From an uncultured Fibrobacterota bacterium (lineage in GTDB: Bacteria; Fibrobacterota; Chitinivibrionia; Chitinivibrionales; FEN-1185): a stretch of 64,000 nucleotides of DNA. A program made the translations under genes and the position numbers. The notes under the pieces are model-generated. The model made no database searches, had not been told where the DNA came from, and saw only the letters and a program-made list of their open reading frames with translations. Below are positions 47,436 to 57,192 of the stretch, one piece after another. Position 1 is the first letter of the stretch; each line of letters opens with the position of its first letter. The stretch is taken from the NCBI GenBank assembly GCA_963729895.1, contig CAVSQB010000005.1, positions 1-64,000 on the forward strand, written 5' to 3'.

Positions 47436-49325
47436 ATGGCCTTTTCATTAGGCGATTTCGCCAATATCAAGAAAATAGGCGACGGCCGCATGGGGACCGT
47501 GTACAGTGCAACACACAAGTCCTCCAAACGCAAAGTCGTCATCAAGGAGCTTGCCTCCGGACTGCCCGCCGGCGACGGCCTGATGAAGGGTCTTGCGGAC
47601 GAGGCCGGGGCGGCCGTCTCTCTGATCCACGACAATATTCTGCGTGTGTTCGATTCCGGCGCAGAGGGTGGGTCATTCTACATATCAACGGAGTATGTTG
47701 ACGGATGGGATTTCGAAAGCCTGCTGCAACAGCCGCGGCCCATGCCTCTTGCAATCGGCGCCATGATTATTCTCCAGGCCTTTAAAGGCCTGCTCTACGC
47801 ACATTCCCGGGGCATCGTGCACTGCGACGTCAAACCGGAAACGATCCTGGTTTCCAGGACCGGAAGAGTGAAGGTCGACGATTTCGGCCTGGCCTTTGCG
47901 GCGACGTATTCCCGTGAGAACATCGATCCGTCAAGGGTCTACATAACTCCGGCGTATGTTCCGCCGGAGGTCGTGATGGGGAGTCGGCAAAAAGATGTGT
48001 ACATGGATATCTGGTCGTGCGGGGTTCTGGCGTACAGAATCCTGGCGGGTGAGCTTCCATTCATCTCCACGGAACCAACCTCCCACATGTTTTCCATCGT
48101 TCACGAAAGGGAAAAAGATATCCGCATCGCTTCGCCGGTCGTTCCGGACACCGTCGTAGGCGCCGTTTTCGATTGCCTTAACAAAGACAAACTGCTTCGT
48201 CCGCCCACGCTCGGACCGCTCATAGAGTCGCTTGAGAATTATGTTACCGAACTCGGCGTTCGAGACGTCCAGAAATGCGTGTGCGACTATCTCAACGGAC
48301 CTTTCAGGATCCCCTCCTACCTGGCGGGACTTCTCGTGCGGTACCATCTCAAGAAAGGCGAGGTCCTGCGCGATGCGGGCGATGCGCTCGACTCGGAAGC
48401 GCATTTCAAAGAGGTTGAACGGTATGGCGGCAAAGACCTGCTTCCCCCAAAATGGAGGATAACCCACGAGCTGCCGGCGCGGGAAGGAGGGCCGGGAGAA
48501 GAAGAACGAAGCGCTGTGCATTTGTCAACGCACGTCCGGCTCGGGGCGCTGGCCTTGGGCGCGGGCTGCATTTTGTCGATCGCCAGCATTTCGGCGCTCG
48601 TAAGCGTCCAGAGAATCACCGCGTCGGACAGGGTCGCCGTCCGGGCGCCTTCGGATACGCAGGCGTCTTTAGCGAACGCCGAAAGAATCCAGACTCGAGA
48701 CCACGTGAGACCGCCTGAGCACGACAGTTCCCTGGCGTCGGCTGTTGCCCCAGTCGATCATCAGCCTGCTTCCGCCGATGACTCGCAGGAGACTCAGAGC
48801 GTTCAGCCACGCCCCGAGGCGACAAAAAGAAAAAGGCCTGCCCCTCTTTCTGCAATAGAACGCCCGTCCATCAAGCAGGCGGGCGCACCTGCGATTGGGA
48901 TTTTGCGGCTCAGGGTTGATCCTCCTCAGGCCCGCGTGCTGGTGGATGGAGTAAAGATCTCCACTGCCGCCTTGTCGGAAGGAGAGCGCCTTACGGCCGG
49001 GAGCCATTCCATCGCGGCGTTTTGCGACGGCTATGCCGCCTACAACAGCACGGTGCGAATCGAACGAAGCGAAACCCAGGCGCTTGCGGTAACGCTCAAG
49101 GCGCTTGAAAAGGGCACCGGACTGCTGCATGTCCATTCATACCCCTGGGCGGAGGTATTTGTGGATGATGTCGACAAGGGTCCGTGCCCCACATCGCAGC
49201 CGCTGGCGCTTTCCGAGGGCGATCACGTGGTTCTTGTCAAACGGGACGGCTTCAAGCCATACGTTGAAACGGTCCACATTACCACAGGAGAAGAGGCCCG
49301 CCTCAAGGTCGAGCTCTCACGATAA
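47436..49325 (+). CDS. Hanks-type Ser/Thr protein kinase with TM segment and PEGA domains
   Basis: GDGRMG, VVIK, HCDVKPET, DFG and PPE; TM segment; two PEGA domains (VDPPQARVLVDG, SYPWAEVFVD). Confidence 0.9.
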   Translation: MAFSLGDFANIKKIGDGRMGTVYSATHKSSKRKVVIKELASGLPAGDGLMKGLADEAGAAVSLIHDNILRVFDSGAEGGSFYISTEYVDGWDFESLLQQPRPMPLAIGAMIILQAFKGLLYAHSRGIVHCDVKPETILVSRTGRVKVDDFGLAFAATYSRENIDPSRVYITPAYVPPEVVMGSRQKDVYMDIWSCGVLAYRILAGELPFISTEPTSHMFSIVHEREKDIRIASPVVPDTVVGAVFDCLNKDKLLRPPTLGPLIESLENYVTELGVRDVQKCVCDYLNGPFRIPSYLAGLLVRYHLKKGEVLRDAGDALDSEAHFKEVERYGGKDLLPPKWRITHELPAREGGPGEEERSAVHLSTHVRLGALALGAGCILSIASISALVSVQRITASDRVAVRAPSDTQASLANAERIQTRDHVRPPEHDSSLASAVAPVDHQPASADDSQETQSVQPRPEATKRKRPAPLSAIERPSIKQAGAPAIGILRLRVDPPQARVLVDGVKISTAALSEGERLTAGSHSIAAFCDGYAAYNSTVRIERSETQALAVTLKALEKGTGLLHVHSYPWAEVFVDDVDKGPCPTSQPLALSEGDHVVLVKRDGFKPYVETVHITTGEEARLKVELSR

Positions 49326-49372
49326 CCGGGCCGACGGGCGTCCGCTCTAAAAGGCCGCGGACGCCCTCCGGC

Positions 49373-50434
49373 TCACCGCAAGACCAGCATGGTGGTTGTT
49401 TTAACCCGGGAATCTGCTGTAAGCACCACAAAATACAATCCCCGCGCCAGGGCAGGAACGTGCACGGCTCCGGAAGATCCTGTGACGGCAATCTCCGTCA
49501 CCAATTTTCCGTTGCACGAATACAAAGATATCCGGGCATTCGTGGAGGTGCCGTCATAGGCGTATTTCAACTCACCGCTCTTTGTCATAGTCACCGCCAT
49601 GGCTCCAATGAAAGTGTAATTTATCGTCGGCTTGTTATTGTTGACGACGGGAGAGGCGGGCGGCAAACCAAAATCAAGGATATAGTCGGGGCCATTGCCG
49701 CTGTAGCCGGGTAAATTCGGCGATGGACATGTAAACAGGCTGTTAGGATCGTCATAAGGAAAACTGTATGAAGTAGGACATGCGGCCTTTTTTAGTGCTC
49801 GGCAAGCATCATTGTCCTGGCAATAAAACCCGTTGGTATCGAGTACTCCATTAATGGTATCCAAATTCAACATTGACGCCGGAGCGGTCAAATACAAGTC
49901 TTTTGTGCAATCATCCTCCCCGCCGCAAGTCCATCCTTGTCGACCCTGTATGGAGTCATAGTGTGGATTGTCGGGAGGGAACGTCCCGGGTAACGGATAG
50001 TATAACATGGGAAGGTTATACCCGTCCACCAGGCTTACATCGTACCAATCGCACCCCCACCCCGAAGTCTCCGTGATCTCAGCGAGGGTAAACGGTCCGT
50101 TGGCATATTTGGGGTCCCAAAGGCCCCAGATTCTCGCAGATGTCCAATGGTTTGGGATCTGAATTATTGTGTCGTGTCCAATCGGTAGCACAAAAGTAAG
50201 GTTTGTCCAAGCAGCACCATTGCCGTTGCCGTTTACATGGACAGTAAGGTCTTTATGCCAATAATTGTGCATGAAGTAATACCGCGTGCCCGTGCCATAT
50301 TTGCCATTATTGTGAGGAAATGTGTCTGCTTCGAATGGTTGGCACACGGAACATGGGACAATTGTTGTTTGGGCCGGAACTTCGACCGGAACCAGAAAAA
50401 ACAACACAGCCGCCAGAGAAAGAAACTTCTTCAT
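49373..50434 (-). CDS. Bacterial thaumatin-like protein (probable beta-1,3-glucanase) with T9SS-like CTD
   Basis: SARIWG, TLAE, DWYDVSLVDGYNLPM and KAACPTSYSFPYDD..SLFTC; tail LYSCNGKLV...GLYFV. Confidence 0.9.
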   Translation of the reverse strand: MKKFLSLAAVLFFLVPVEVPAQTTIVPCSVCQPFEADTFPHNNGKYGTGTRYYFMHNYWHKDLTVHVNGNGNGAAWTNLTFVLPIGHDTIIQIPNHWTSARIWGLWDPKYANGPFTLAEITETSGWGCDWYDVSLVDGYNLPMLYYPLPGTFPPDNPHYDSIQGRQGWTCGGEDDCTKDLYLTAPASMLNLDTINGVLDTNGFYCQDNDACRALKKAACPTSYSFPYDDPNSLFTCPSPNLPGYSGNGPDYILDFGLPPASPVVNNNKPTINYTFIGAMAVTMTKSGELKYAYDGTSTNARISLYSCNGKLVTEIAVTGSSGAVHVPALARGLYFVVLTADSRVKTTTMLVLR

Positions 50435-50708
50435 GCATCCCCCTTTTCTTTTATTAATTGGAGTTTTCCATTTTACAAAACGATTCGGTGAGTGCCGACA
50501 GATTTCTCTTGCAAAATCCATCCTTTCCCGCTTTCCGCAATTTCCGTCCGGTTCCGCGAGGATCTCCGTATCTTGAGAATATAAGGTTTATTGGCGGTCC
50601 TGTCAACTTTAGCAGTAAAAAACGCTGATCCTTTTGACGCGCTTACCTGGCAGTGAAAATGCCATTCCTTTGAACAAGATGGGGGAGCAGTCATGACGAT
50701 TATTAATC

Positions 50709-50738
50709 TTGACAACTGTACATATTAAATTATAGAAT
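50709..50738 (+). promoter_or_regulatory. Sigma70-type promoter for pilin
   Basis: TTGACA followed after 16-18 bp by TATAGA/TAGAAT. Confidence 0.6.
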
Positions 50739-50876
50739 TACTTCAGAGACTCCTGAACTCCGGCGGAGCTGTGATGCTCAGGAAGGGAGGTTTTGATGTT
50801 GCATGATTCCTATGTCATGCAAGTGTTTTAGCAACAGAGAGTTGTTTCAATCGAAAGCTAGCCCGAGGGGCTTTGT

Positions 50877-51308
50877 ATGAGATACTTGCTTTATGGAACC
50901 AAGGGATTCACGCTCGTCGAACTAATGGTTGTAATCGTCATCATCGGGATTCTTGCCGCAGTTTCGATTCCCAAGTTTGTAGACGCTTCCCAGAAGGCCA
51001 AGGCGTCCGAGTTCCCGTTGCAATTAACCGCCATTTATACGGGCCAGTTGGCGTACCAGGCGCAGGGCGGCAACTTCGTAACGTCGCTGCAAGCGCTCAA
51101 AGATTCGGCATATGTGGATATTCCCTCCACCACCAAATGGTTTTCGTACACAATGCCGAGTGCCACCATTACAACTTTTCAGGCTTTTGCAACTGTAAAT
51201 AGCCCTGGATTCGGAGTTGCGACGGGCACGGATTATGGCGCTCTCGATCAAACCAATTCCAAGTACTGCACTGCGGCCTTGAAAAGATACTGCCCGAGCT
51301 GGCAGTAA
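50877..51308 (+). CDS. Type IV pilin (probable major pilin)
   Basis: KG|FTLVELMVVIVIIGILAAVSIPKF prepilin motif; C-terminal Cys pair; own promoter and terminator. Confidence 0.92.
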   Translation: MRYLLYGTKGFTLVELMVVIVIIGILAAVSIPKFVDASQKAKASEFPLQLTAIYTGQLAYQAQGGNFVTSLQALKDSAYVDIPSTTKWFSYTMPSATITTFQAFATVNSPGFGVATGTDYGALDQTNSKYCTAALKRYCPSWQ

Positions 51309-51330
51309 TGGCGGCAAGCGAGTTTCAGGC

Positions 51331-51365
51331 AAAAAGCCCCGTCCCCCAAAGAGGCGGGGCTTTTT
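51331..51365 (+). terminator. Rho-independent terminator
   Basis: AAAAAGCCCCG...CGGGGCTTTTT. Confidence 0.85.
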
Positions 51366-51589
51366 GTGTGCAACTCCGGTTCACTTGACCTTGAACATCG
51401 TCCTTGAAACCTTTGAAAGACGTATTTTTGGGGTAGAAACATGGAAATAGGCGTCGGGCGATAGCCGAAGTACCCTATGGGCAGGAATGGTGAAGTGGGG
51501 GATCTTGTGCAGGGGCAAAGGGGCACTGCGCTCATCGAAAAGGCGGATGGAACCCGAGAGGATTAAGCGGTAAAGCGAGGAACGTTCAA

Positions 51590-52072
51590 ATGTCTTTGTT
51601 TTGTCCAAACTGCCTTTCCGAATACCTCGAAAAGTACGACTTGTGTCCTACGTGCGAACTCAAGCTGGTGCCGTTTGAGGACTTGCCGCCGCACTGCGCC
51701 TCATGCGGCGGCAAGTACTCCAAAGGGACAAAAACATGCCCGAGGTGCGGGATCGATCTGGTGTCGTACAAATCGGTCGACGATTTCCTGGAACGCAAGC
51801 CCGCGACGGTCGATGTTGCGTTCGTCACCGTCCACGAAACGTCGCATTTGCCGGAGCTGGCATTGATCAAGGGGGCGCTCGAGGCCGCAGGGATTCCCTA
51901 TGTTGCAAAAGGGGAAGAGCTGCAAAGCCTGTTTGGGGCGGGGTTGCTCGGCGGGTTCAACCCCGTAACCGGAGCGGTGCAGATCATTGTTGAGAAAAGG
52001 CGCGCCAAAGAGGCGCGGGAGATCATCGAGGACTTATTCAAGAACAACGGCAGCGGTCCTGAAGCAGCTTGA
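51590..52072 (+). CDS. Double zinc-ribbon + DUF2007 (putative signal-transducing) protein
   Basis: Four CxxC motifs; ELALIKGALEAAGIP...VQIIVEK..AKEAREII. Confidence 0.85.
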   Translation: MSLFCPNCLSEYLEKYDLCPTCELKLVPFEDLPPHCASCGGKYSKGTKTCPRCGIDLVSYKSVDDFLERKPATVDVAFVTVHETSHLPELALIKGALEAAGIPYVAKGEELQSLFGAGLLGGFNPVTGAVQIIVEKRRAKEAREIIEDLFKNNGSGPEAA

Positions 52073-52106
52073 CATCCACAACGGGCGCATTGCCGTTCAA
52101 GGAATG

Positions 52107-52144
52107 AAGAAGGCGGAGGATGCAAATCCTCCGCCTTCTTTTTT
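52107..52144. terminator. Bidirectional terminator
   Basis: AAGAAGGCGGAGGA...TCCTCCGCCTTCTTTTTT. Confidence 0.8.
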
Positions 52145-52199
52145 CCGCTGATGCCGGCTCCGGAACGCGTTTACTCCTCGTTCCCTCTTTCCGCGAAAA

Positions 52200-52454
52200 T
52201 TACTTGTCCGTCGGAGGAGGCGTTGTTGGAGTTGCGGTAGTGTCTTTTGCCGCCGCTTTTTTGGCCTTCTTGGCTTTCTTGGCCTTCTTGGAATGTTTCT
52301 TCGTCTTGGTGGAATCCGTGGCGGCTGCGCCGGAACTCGGCGCCACCGATTCGGTTGACGAAGGAGCAGTTGTCTGGTCTTCGGCTGCAAGGGCTGCAAC
52401 GGCCATGGAAGCCGCGATGAAGGCTGCGAGAACCATCTTGAGTGTGACGTTCAT
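52200..52454 (-). CDS. Small exported Lys/Ala-rich disordered protein
   Basis: AAAAGGAG SD; signal peptide; KKHSKKAKKAKKAKKAAAK. Confidence 0.75.
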   Translation of the reverse strand: MNVTLKMVLAAFIAASMAVAALAAEDQTTAPSSTESVAPSSGAAATDSTKTKKHSKKAKKAKKAKKAAAKDTTATPTTPPPTDK

Positions 52455-52562
52455 GCTGCACTCCTTTTAAAGAGATTAGGTGATGAGTGAAAAAACGATT
52501 TACGATTTTACCCCGGCATTTTTTTTGCGGAGAACTATGCCGGATGGTTCAAATCTTGGATT

Positions 52563-53869
52563 CAGCCCTGTCCGGCTAAACCTCTTGACCAATGGCTAAT
52601 AGAATGATAATTGCACTGGAGCGGAGCGCAAAGAACGTAACCGCTCGTAATTGACCCGTAGTAATTCAATCAAGCTTTCAAAACCAAGCAGCCTTTCTCG
52701 GATAACCCGCAGTAATTCCAGCATGGTGAAGGCATACCGTGCTTGGAATTTTATAAACGACAACAGGAGATACAAGATCATGGCTATCCACACCTGTGTC
52801 ATTACCGCGTTTTCGCTGGTCCCGTAGAACGTCTTTATCTTCAAGTGCTGCTTGATCCACTTGAAAAATGTTTCTATCTCCCATCTTCCCTTGTACAGTG
52901 CAGCAATTGTCGTTGCCGACAACGTGAAATTGTTCGTCAGAAAGACCAGGTTCTTGTTTAACTCCTTGTTGTAATACTGTATCAGTCGCAGCTTCTCCGG
53001 ATATGCCTTGCTTTCGTAAAAATTCGACATTTCGACTTCCTGATCACGGATAATTCCGCGTCTTACGTTCGGTTCTTTGTGCTGTCCGACAAGATGATAT
53101 GCCATGTTGGATTTTGCCAGGATCACGAATGTAACACCAGTCGTATGCAGTGAATGAAGCCAGCCAAAATCTGTGTAGCCTCGATCAATGGTGAGGATGC
53201 TGTCCGGCGGAAGCGCAGGAAAATCATATTCGGCATCTTTCACCACCCGAATGTCATGGACTTTCCCGTCCGTCATCCGGATAAACGACGGTAGGTAACC
53301 GTCATGGTCCAGAAGCATATGAAGTTTCAATCCACCTTTGCGCCTGCGATACCGTGCCCATGGAAACGATGACAGACATACGCTGATCAAGGTTGAATCA
53401 TGCGTAAATACCGGAACCTTTACCCGAAAGTCATGACGAGGTGCCAATCGCTGGCATTTATCCAGAAACTGATAGAAAAGATCTTCAAACATCTTGTATG
53501 GCCGGAGAGCGAGTGCATCTGCCAGTGTACTGCGGGCTACACTCGCAAGACCAATATGTTCCCACTTATCCGCATTGCTCTTCAGACACGCTTCTACATC
53601 CCGAAAGCTGACCAAATCCTTTACCAGCGAAAAGAGCAAAATCTGCATCTCCTGCCAGCAGGTCATGCTCTTTACGTACCTGTCTCCTTCGTACCGATTA
53701 ACAATGCGCCAGAATCCCTTCCGATTCAACAGTTGCGTTATCTGATTGAATATTGTATTTCTTCTGTTCAAGGGCTGCCTCCTCTTTTTAATCGTCAAAA
53801 ACTAAACCTTCAACGATAAAAATAGGTTGGTAGCCCTTCTCTTGTTGTCAATTTAACCGGACACTACTG
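52563..53869 (-). mobile_element. IS4-family insertion sequence
   Basis: TIRs CAGCCCTGTCCGGCTAAA / TTTAACCGGACACTACTG; 9-bp target duplication TCTTGGATT at 52554-52562 and 53870-53878. Confidence 0.95.
52596..53798 (-). CDS. IS4 family transposase (DUF4372 + DDE)
   Basis: RSTLADA, DSTLI, GLKLH, DRGY and YKGRWEIETFFKWIKQHL; exact start uncertain. Confidence 0.95.
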   Translation of the reverse strand: MTIKKRRQPLNRRNTIFNQITQLLNRKGFWRIVNRYEGDRYVKSMTCWQEMQILLFSLVKDLVSFRDVEACLKSNADKWEHIGLASVARSTLADALALRPYKMFEDLFYQFLDKCQRLAPRHDFRVKVPVFTHDSTLISVCLSSFPWARYRRRKGGLKLHMLLDHDGYLPSFIRMTDGKVHDIRVVKDAEYDFPALPPDSILTIDRGYTDFGWLHSLHTTGVTFVILAKSNMAYHLVGQHKEPNVRRGIIRDQEVEMSNFYESKAYPEKLRLIQYYNKELNKNLVFLTNNFTLSATTIAALYKGRWEIETFFKWIKQHLKIKTFYGTSENAVMTQVWIAMILYLLLSFIKFQARYAFTMLELLRVIRERLLGFESLIELLRVNYERLRSLRSAPVQLSFY

Positions 53870-53977
53870 TCTTGGATTATAAATTAAATTCTGCCAATAA
53901 AAAAACACGAAGAAATTTGTTTGCCGGCCTTGGGAATGTCTGCAGGCCGGGTTGAGCCTGCACGGATTTGTACGGTC

Positions 53978-55999
53978 TCACCGCTGAGGATTCGCGGCAT
54001 CCAGGAACGAGTTTAGATAGGCGAGTTCGGATGAATCCCGGTCGAGAAGGTACTTGGTGTTGTAATCCTTCTCGTTAAGCTGCAGCGCCGTTTTGTAATT
54101 GGAAATAATCTGTTCGAACAGGGCTTTGCTTTCGAGAAGATTTTCCACGATTACCTGGCGCGACTGGTTGAAATCCTGCGCCATCCTTACGTTGTATTCC
54201 TTGAATTCCAGGATTTGCCCTCCCAAGGTGTATCCCATTGCCAGGAAGTTCCTGTCTACGGTTTGCTTTATCTGCGCAACCGAATCGCTGTCCATGCCGC
54301 ACAATTGGGAGTAGATGTTCTTCCGGTACTTGACGATTGGAGTGAGCCCCATGAACGGCTTGTCCAGGAGCTCGAATTTTGAGAAGATGATGCAGGGCTT
54401 GTCGTCGGTATTCAGCGGAACGCTGCCGCGGAATTCGTCAATGGCCTCCTGGTCCAGGACAAACCCGTTGAGCAGGTCGTAAACATCAAGGACATTCACC
54501 TGTTGAAGGTCCTGTTTGATTTGGCTGTCCCCAAACAGCATCCGCGCTTTGTTGAAGTCCACCCTAAGCGGGCTCTTCGATCCGAGCAGGACGGTGTGTC
54601 CGATGGTTTTATATCCGCCCGAATAGTACACCGCCACGTAGGGGAATGCAGCGTGGAACGTGCTGAGGATGATCCTGTAATCCCGTTCCAGGATGCCGTG
54701 CAAGGGAATCCATTGGCACATCACTCCCCGGTCGGTGAGTTTACTACTGCATAATTCGTAAAACTCCTTGGTGTACAGTATCCAGCTGTCGCTGCTGGTC
54801 GGATGGGTCGCGTCGGCGCTTATGATGTCGTACCGTTTGTTCGTGGTAAGGACATAGTTTCTTCCGTCGTTGACAATCAGGTGCACTATCGGGTTGTGGA
54901 GTACGTCGTGATTCTCATATGAAAAATATTGTGCTGCGTTGAACGCCTCTTCGCAGATTTCCACGCAGTCCACGTGCTCCATGCCCGGCAGGCCCGCTAT
55001 GGTGCCGGTGGCGATGCCGCTGCCGAACGTCACCACGAGCGCATTCCTGGTTTCGGGAGCATACACGGCCGGCAGGACGCCGAGAAACCGGAACGCACGC
55101 ATGCTGAAATAGTCGGTGTTCACTTCGCCTATGCCGTCGATGAGCATGTATTTGCGCCCGTTCTTCCCCCCGATGTCCTGGAACACGGTTGTCGTGCCGT
55201 TGACATTTTCCTTGCAGTAAAGCATCCGGTTTTCCGGGGGAGGATACCGGTTGCTGTACACATTCAAGAAGGCGTTTTTCGGCAATGCTACCGCCGGAAT
55301 GCCTGCCAGAACAAGCATGCATGCCGCAGTGACCGCCTTGGTTTTCGGCGCAAGGCCCGACCCTGCGACAACGCAGATGAGGCCGATAAGCACGCTGGTG
55401 AGGCTCACCGCGACGATGCTGCTCTGAACGCCCAACAGGGGGATAAGGACAAAGCCGCCGGCAAATGACCCGGCAACGCCGCCCACCGTATTGGCGCCGT
55501 ACACCTCGCCCGTCGATTTCGCAAATGCGGCGGAATGCCCCGAATACATCTTGGTGAAAACCGGAAAGGCGCCGCCCATGAGGGCTGTCGGTACGAACAT
55601 GGCAAGAGAGAAGACAAGGAATCGTATGGCGATTTCTCCGGTCCAGCCTGTTCCGAACACCGTATTGAGGTTCAAAATAAGCCCGTTCATGCGGGAAATA
55701 ATCGGAATGGAAAGGAGGCACAGGAACCCGATCGATGTTTCCATCCATCCGAGAAACAGGAACGGGTCCTTTCTGGAATCAATAAAGCGTGAAACGAGGA
55801 ACCCTCCGGCCATGATGCCGAACAGGAACGTCGCAAGCATGATGGCAAACGAATGGACGCTGTTGTCGACGAAATATTTGAGCACCCTGAACCACGCCAC
55901 TTCATACGCCATGGTGCAGAATCCAGCCAGCCCCGCAACGAGGAGGATAAGCGCGGTTCTGTTCTGCGGACTTTTGATTCTTAAGGCTTTGTCGTTCAC
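53978..55999 (-). CDS. Fused MFS/spermidine synthase, C-terminal part (TM helices + aminopropyltransferase-like SAM domain)
   Basis: YEVAWFR, YGANTVGG, FGSGIAT, CVEI, NDGRNY, YDIISAD and LYTKEFY; GTG start overlaps the upstream TGA. Confidence 0.8.
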   Translation of the reverse strand: MNDKALRIKSPQNRTALILLVAGLAGFCTMAYEVAWFRVLKYFVDNSVHSFAIMLATFLFGIMAGGFLVSRFIDSRKDPFLFLGWMETSIGFLCLLSIPIISRMNGLILNLNTVFGTGWTGEIAIRFLVFSLAMFVPTALMGGAFPVFTKMYSGHSAAFAKSTGEVYGANTVGGVAGSFAGGFVLIPLLGVQSSIVAVSLTSVLIGLICVVAGSGLAPKTKAVTAACMLVLAGIPAVALPKNAFLNVYSNRYPPPENRMLYCKENVNGTTTVFQDIGGKNGRKYMLIDGIGEVNTDYFSMRAFRFLGVLPAVYAPETRNALVVTFGSGIATGTIAGLPGMEHVDCVEICEEAFNAAQYFSYENHDVLHNPIVHLIVNDGRNYVLTTNKRYDIISADATHPTSSDSWILYTKEFYELCSSKLTDRGVMCQWIPLHGILERDYRIILSTFHAAFPYVAVYYSGGYKTIGHTVLLGSKSPLRVDFNKARMLFGDSQIKQDLQQVNVLDVYDLLNGFVLDQEAIDEFRGSVPLNTDDKPCIIFSKFELLDKPFMGLTPIVKYRKNIYSQLCGMDSDSVAQIKQTVDRNFLAMGYTLGGQILEFKEYNVRMAQDFNQSRQVIVENLLESKALFEQIISNYKTALQLNEKDYNTKYLLDRDSSELAYLNSFLDAANPQR

Positions 56000-56643
56000 G
56001 CGGTCCTGGTTTTCCGGTCGAACAGTCTGTTGAGCAGCAGGGCGGCGCAGCCGATCGCCAGGTCTATGGCGGCGGCGGCGAACACCGTCCCTTTCATTCC
56101 GGCGAATCCGAGGAGCAGGAATATCGTGGCGATGCAACCGAGAACGCTGCCGAGCGTATTTACGGAGTACAGGACCCCGATGTCTTTTCCAAACCTGCCT
56201 TCCTGCCGCGCCAGCAGTTTGACCGCGACGGGGAATGTCGCACCCATCAAGGTTGTCGGAACAATCATGAACACAACCGACAGGAAGAACAGCATGATCC
56301 TGAACGCAAGGAAACTTGGGCTGAACACTTTGTTGACAAACAGGTACAGGCTCTGGAACAGGGGAAACGAGAGCAGCAGCAACAGTGCCGAAAGAAAGAT
56401 CCCCGCGTGCACGCAGGCGAACAGCACGACGTTGTTTTTTGTCTTTTCGGCAAGCCTGCCGAACGTGATGCCCCCTACGGCCATTCCGAGCATGAACGCC
56501 GCAAGGACGGCGCTCACGGCAAAGACCGTGACCCCGAATACAAGGTTGAACATGCGCGCCCATACAATTTCGTAGACCAGGTTGCAGAACCCGGACAAAA
56601 AAAACAGCACCACGATCAGGGGCGCAAACATGTTTTTCGGCAT
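55996..56643 (-). CDS. Fused MFS/spermidine synthase, N-terminal membrane part
   Basis: FFLSGFCNLVYEIVWAR, PTTLMGATFP and LYSVNTLGSVLG. Confidence 0.85.
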   Translation of the reverse strand: MPKNMFAPLIVVLFFLSGFCNLVYEIVWARMFNLVFGVTVFAVSAVLAAFMLGMAVGGITFGRLAEKTKNNVVLFACVHAGIFLSALLLLLSFPLFQSLYLFVNKVFSPSFLAFRIMLFFLSVVFMIVPTTLMGATFPVAVKLLARQEGRFGKDIGVLYSVNTLGSVLGCIATIFLLLGFAGMKGTVFAAAAIDLAIGCAALLLNRLFDRKTRTA

Positions 56644-57192
56644 CGATGTTTCCTTTGACAACCGCCTGTTTGCGGTATGCCAGGAGGTTTTTGGTACAGC
56701 AAAATATACTATTCTTTGCGGCCGATTATGAAGGGTGATTTTGTTGAGAGCGGTTAGAACGGCAACGGCCCCGTTGCGGCGCATCGCCGAACACGGGCGG
56801 AATTGCCGCACGGCGATCATGGGCCGGTGCCAACCGGTTTGTTTCCGGCATGGCGCAAACAAAATTGAGATTTCTTTGCCTTTCTTTTATATATTTTATA
56901 GTTGGATGGAAGGGGGATGCCGTTTCCAATGATTCGGCATAAATGCACATTTTTTGCCGATTTCATATTCCCCTGTAATTTTCTTCCTCAGCGCTTCTTT
57001 TCCATCGTATTGTGCAATGGCCGGCGGCGGATGCAGGACGTATTTTCTCAGGCGCAGATCGCGGGGATTTTTCGAACGTTTTTGTTCCGAGCGCAGTCTA
57101 AGAGGAGGGAAAATTGGGGCTGATTGATTAAGCATTGATTAACAAAGAAGAGATGCCAACGTATCACACTTTTTCAACCGGAGGGTCTTCTT

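Noticed and set aside
52545..52562. GGTTCAAATC as a possible attR copy of the tRNA 3' end
   Set aside because: The match is under 10 bp and the sequence beyond the IS4 does not continue as tRNA
53978..56563. 861-aa ORF as called in the ORF track
   Set aside because: The first ~188 codons are an off-frame overlap of the upstream gene; the credible start is GTG 55999
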